A DNA stretch of 64,000 bases, taken from assembly GCA_021432655.1 (NCBI GenBank), contig MU271385.1:1-64000 (forward strand), written 5' to 3'. The notes beneath the pieces were generated by a model, which made no database searches, was not told where the DNA came from, and worked only from the letters and a program-made list of their open reading frames with translations. Positions 61,556-64,000 of the stretch are shown here, piece by piece (position 1 is the stretch's first letter; every line of letters starts with the position of its first letter). Made by a program: the position numbers and the translations under genes. This stretch comes from Atractiella rhizophila. Its lineage: Eukaryota.

Positions 61556-62447
61556 TTAAGAGAGACTAGTAACCCTCCACCTGCGCTTCGTCCAATTTTG
61601 ACTGGACCCTTCTTTTCTTCGAAAGTAAGAGAGAGGCAGAGGTAAATCCATCAGAAGGTGATCATTTGGAGAATGTGAGACTAAAAATTGGGTGGATCCT
61701 GTTGCATTTTCTTCCCCTTCACCATTGCGGACAATATTCCTGGGAATGATTTGGTCGTCCATCTCATCATTTCTGCCTGGTTTTCGATAGGAAGGCAGAT
61801 CAGCCCAACGAAGTTCCACCGAAGCGTTTCGCAGTGATTGTACACAAGGAGCAGAAATTGTAGGAGCAAAGGTAAGTTGATGTTGGTCGCGATCAAGGTG
61901 ATGAGAAGGAAGGTGATCCTCTGCCAGAGGGTTCATCTGAAGGACATCTTTTTTATCATGCAGATGACCCTTAGATTTGAGCATTGTGATAGAATCTTGC
62001 TGATCGATGAGTTCTAAGTCTTCTTCTCCATTCTTGACCCATTCGGTATCCTCTTCTATGGGAGAATATGAAGGAGGTGATGCAGCAGGAGGTTGAGAGA
62101 GCTCATCCTCTTCCTGGATCTTTTCCACATTGTAGGATGTCTGAAGCACAGGAGAGGATGGTGACAGTGGAGGTGGAGAATGAGCAGGTTGGAGGACATC
62201 AGGCATATCTGCCTATCACAAACCCATTTCTAAACTGAATAAATTGAATAAAGGACAAACTGACCTGGTATAATTCTGTGTTTATAACAATTCCATTCAG
62301 AGGTATATTTCGCTCTGATGGCCTGGTAATTGCAGGCTTCTTACCCTTGCCCACAGGAACAAGGTAAGGATTGAAATGTTCATGATAGTCATCAGTGACT
62401 CTAGCCAGTTCAGCTTGGCTGAGATTGGAGGGATAAGAATAAGACAT
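61556..62447 (-). CDS. Hypothetical two-exon protein or decayed repeat-borne gene in a CpG-poor block
   Basis: MSYSYPSNLSQAEL..ELYQ| joins ADMPDVLQP.. across a GT-AG intron. A TATAAAAG box lies on the minus strand at about 62547-62554. Confidence 0.4.
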
Positions 62448-62802
62448 TTTGGTGAATGGAGAATGTTGAGGAGAGTTGATGGTGGAATGCTGGTTGAGGT
62501 GGTGGGGATGCTGGTTGCCACCACAATTTTCAACAACAGAAACCACCTTTTATACCTATACAATCCGCAGCACTGCGGAAGCAATCCGGTTTGATCTGAC
62601 TCAGCTTAGTCTTGGCGGGCCCGAATACACTAGTTGGAGTTGCATTTTTGTCCTCAAACTGTTTCTGAAGTTCTGAAGAAAAGAAAAAGCAGATAGGTTG
62701 TTTGGTCGATATTGGTTCCTTTCCCGTCCGACTGACAACTACAACCAACCAACCAGAAGCAACTGCCAAAAAGTTTCCAGCTCATTCGAAACATCTCGGA
62801 AG

Positions 62803-63866
62803 ATGAGCATGAGCCTCCTGCGTCCTCTCTGTCGTTCTTTTCTCTGGGGACAGCCTTATTTCTGCCTCTCAACAGCCGTCTCCCTCCCAACGCGACTGTC
62901 CATCTCAGTCCGACATGCCTCCTCCTCCTCGTCCCCTCTAAAAATCCACGCCCTTTCCGCCGCTCCAGGGAGCATCAGAAAGGCACCTATTCTCCTTCTT
63001 CAGAGTGTACAGTAGGCTTATGTTTTTGTGTAGAGGAAAAGACTGGGTCGCGGCTCCTCTTCCGGGAAGGGAAACTCTGCAGGACGAGGAAACAAAGGAC
63101 AGGGACAGCGAAAAGGGGTGTCACTGCTATTTGAAGGAGGACAAACACCAATGACAATCAAGTATCCTAAGTTCGGACGGCCTGCAGGTCGCACGTTGTA
63201 CGTCTTCTTCCTCTCTGTTTTGCTCACGGTTGTAACGGGACTGGTGTGGTGGGGAAGACGAAAGGAGAAACCTACAGCTCTGAACCTTGGGAGGATCCAA
63301 GAATGGATAGATAGCGGACGCTTGAACCCAGAGGAGGAGATCAACATGCGCCATCTTTATGTGTCTGGTTGCATTCATAACCTACGAAAAGGCGGCGTGA
63401 AGCTGCTAGGCTCTGTACGTCGCTCCGCCCACTCGTTCCAAGCTCAAGTGAATCGATGTGGTGCGGCGTATGAGTAGGACGCGACGAAATTGAAGGGAAA
63501 GATCAACATCGTCGTCTCCCGTGCATCCCAGACAGCCATCAAGCACATAGAATCATTAGGAGGTAGCGTGAAGTGCGAATATCACACTCCGCTGTCCCTG
63601 CGAGCACTGGTGAAGCCGCACACGTTCGAGAGGAAGGGAAGGCCGATACCTGGCCGACCGATGCCTGTGCGGAGGAAGGACGTGTTGTTTTATTCCAGGT
63701 GGGACAAGCGAGGTTAGTCCTTCTCCCAGCTTCTCTGCTCTTTACCCTGCAGCTGATTGATGTGTTGGTTGGGATAGGATACCTCGCGAATGAGTGGGCG
63801 GCGATGAAGGCTGCAAAGCCTTTGGTGTCACAAGTGAGTGAGGGAAAGATGGAGGCGAGCATATAA
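62803..63866 (+). CDS. MRPL10: Mitochondrial ribosomal protein uL15m (YmL10)
   Basis: Presequence, RKRLGRGSSSGKGNSAGRGNKGQGQR, FEGGQTP..YPKFG, LNLGRIQEWIDSGRLNP, GVKLLG, VSRASQTAIKHIESLGG and KRG|YL. Confidence 0.93.
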
Positions 63867-64000
63867 TGAAATCATAATTTGGTACATGCTGGGATAATAG
63901 TGGTTATTCTTCCATTCTACATGTGGCAAAGAGCAAATACAGTCCGTACATTCGTCCTTCGGAGGAGAGGATTCAGAAAGAAGTACACAGCAGAGAACAT

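Overview
This is intron-rich fungal genomic DNA, most consistent with a basidiomycete (inferred from ~50-nt introns with GTGCGT/GTTCGT-type donors and from the Ssk1 and peroxidase architectures). I could reconstruct about 25 spliced or intronless genes. They include a GH5 glycoside hydrolase, an S10 carboxypeptidase, a TBC1D5-like RabGAP, HEM25, two GNAT paralogues, SSK1, ARO2, a secreted heme peroxidase, an F-box/LRR-like protein, a glutamine-synthetase-like enzyme, a PNUTS-like PP1 regulator, ARL2, TSR2, a BTB protein, an amidase, AVT2, ERF2, an mS38/COX24-like protein and MRPL10. I could not support any rRNA, tRNA, snRNA, CRISPR array or intact transposon. I also found no convincing new multi-gene system. 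The most notable observations are: (1) two intragenic tandem duplications, each joined by a single extra A, which are either overlapping haplotype contigs or real duplications; (2) an internally deleted THG1 pseudogene among other decayed genes at 39.7-47.6 kb; (3) several GC-AG introns that conserved protein motifs require; (4) a pair of intronless, bacterial-looking GNATs; (5) a CpG-depleted block between two head-to-head mitoribosomal genes; (6) a candidate structured RNA between the PNUTS-like gene and ARL2. Exon boundaries were read by eye and are approximate.
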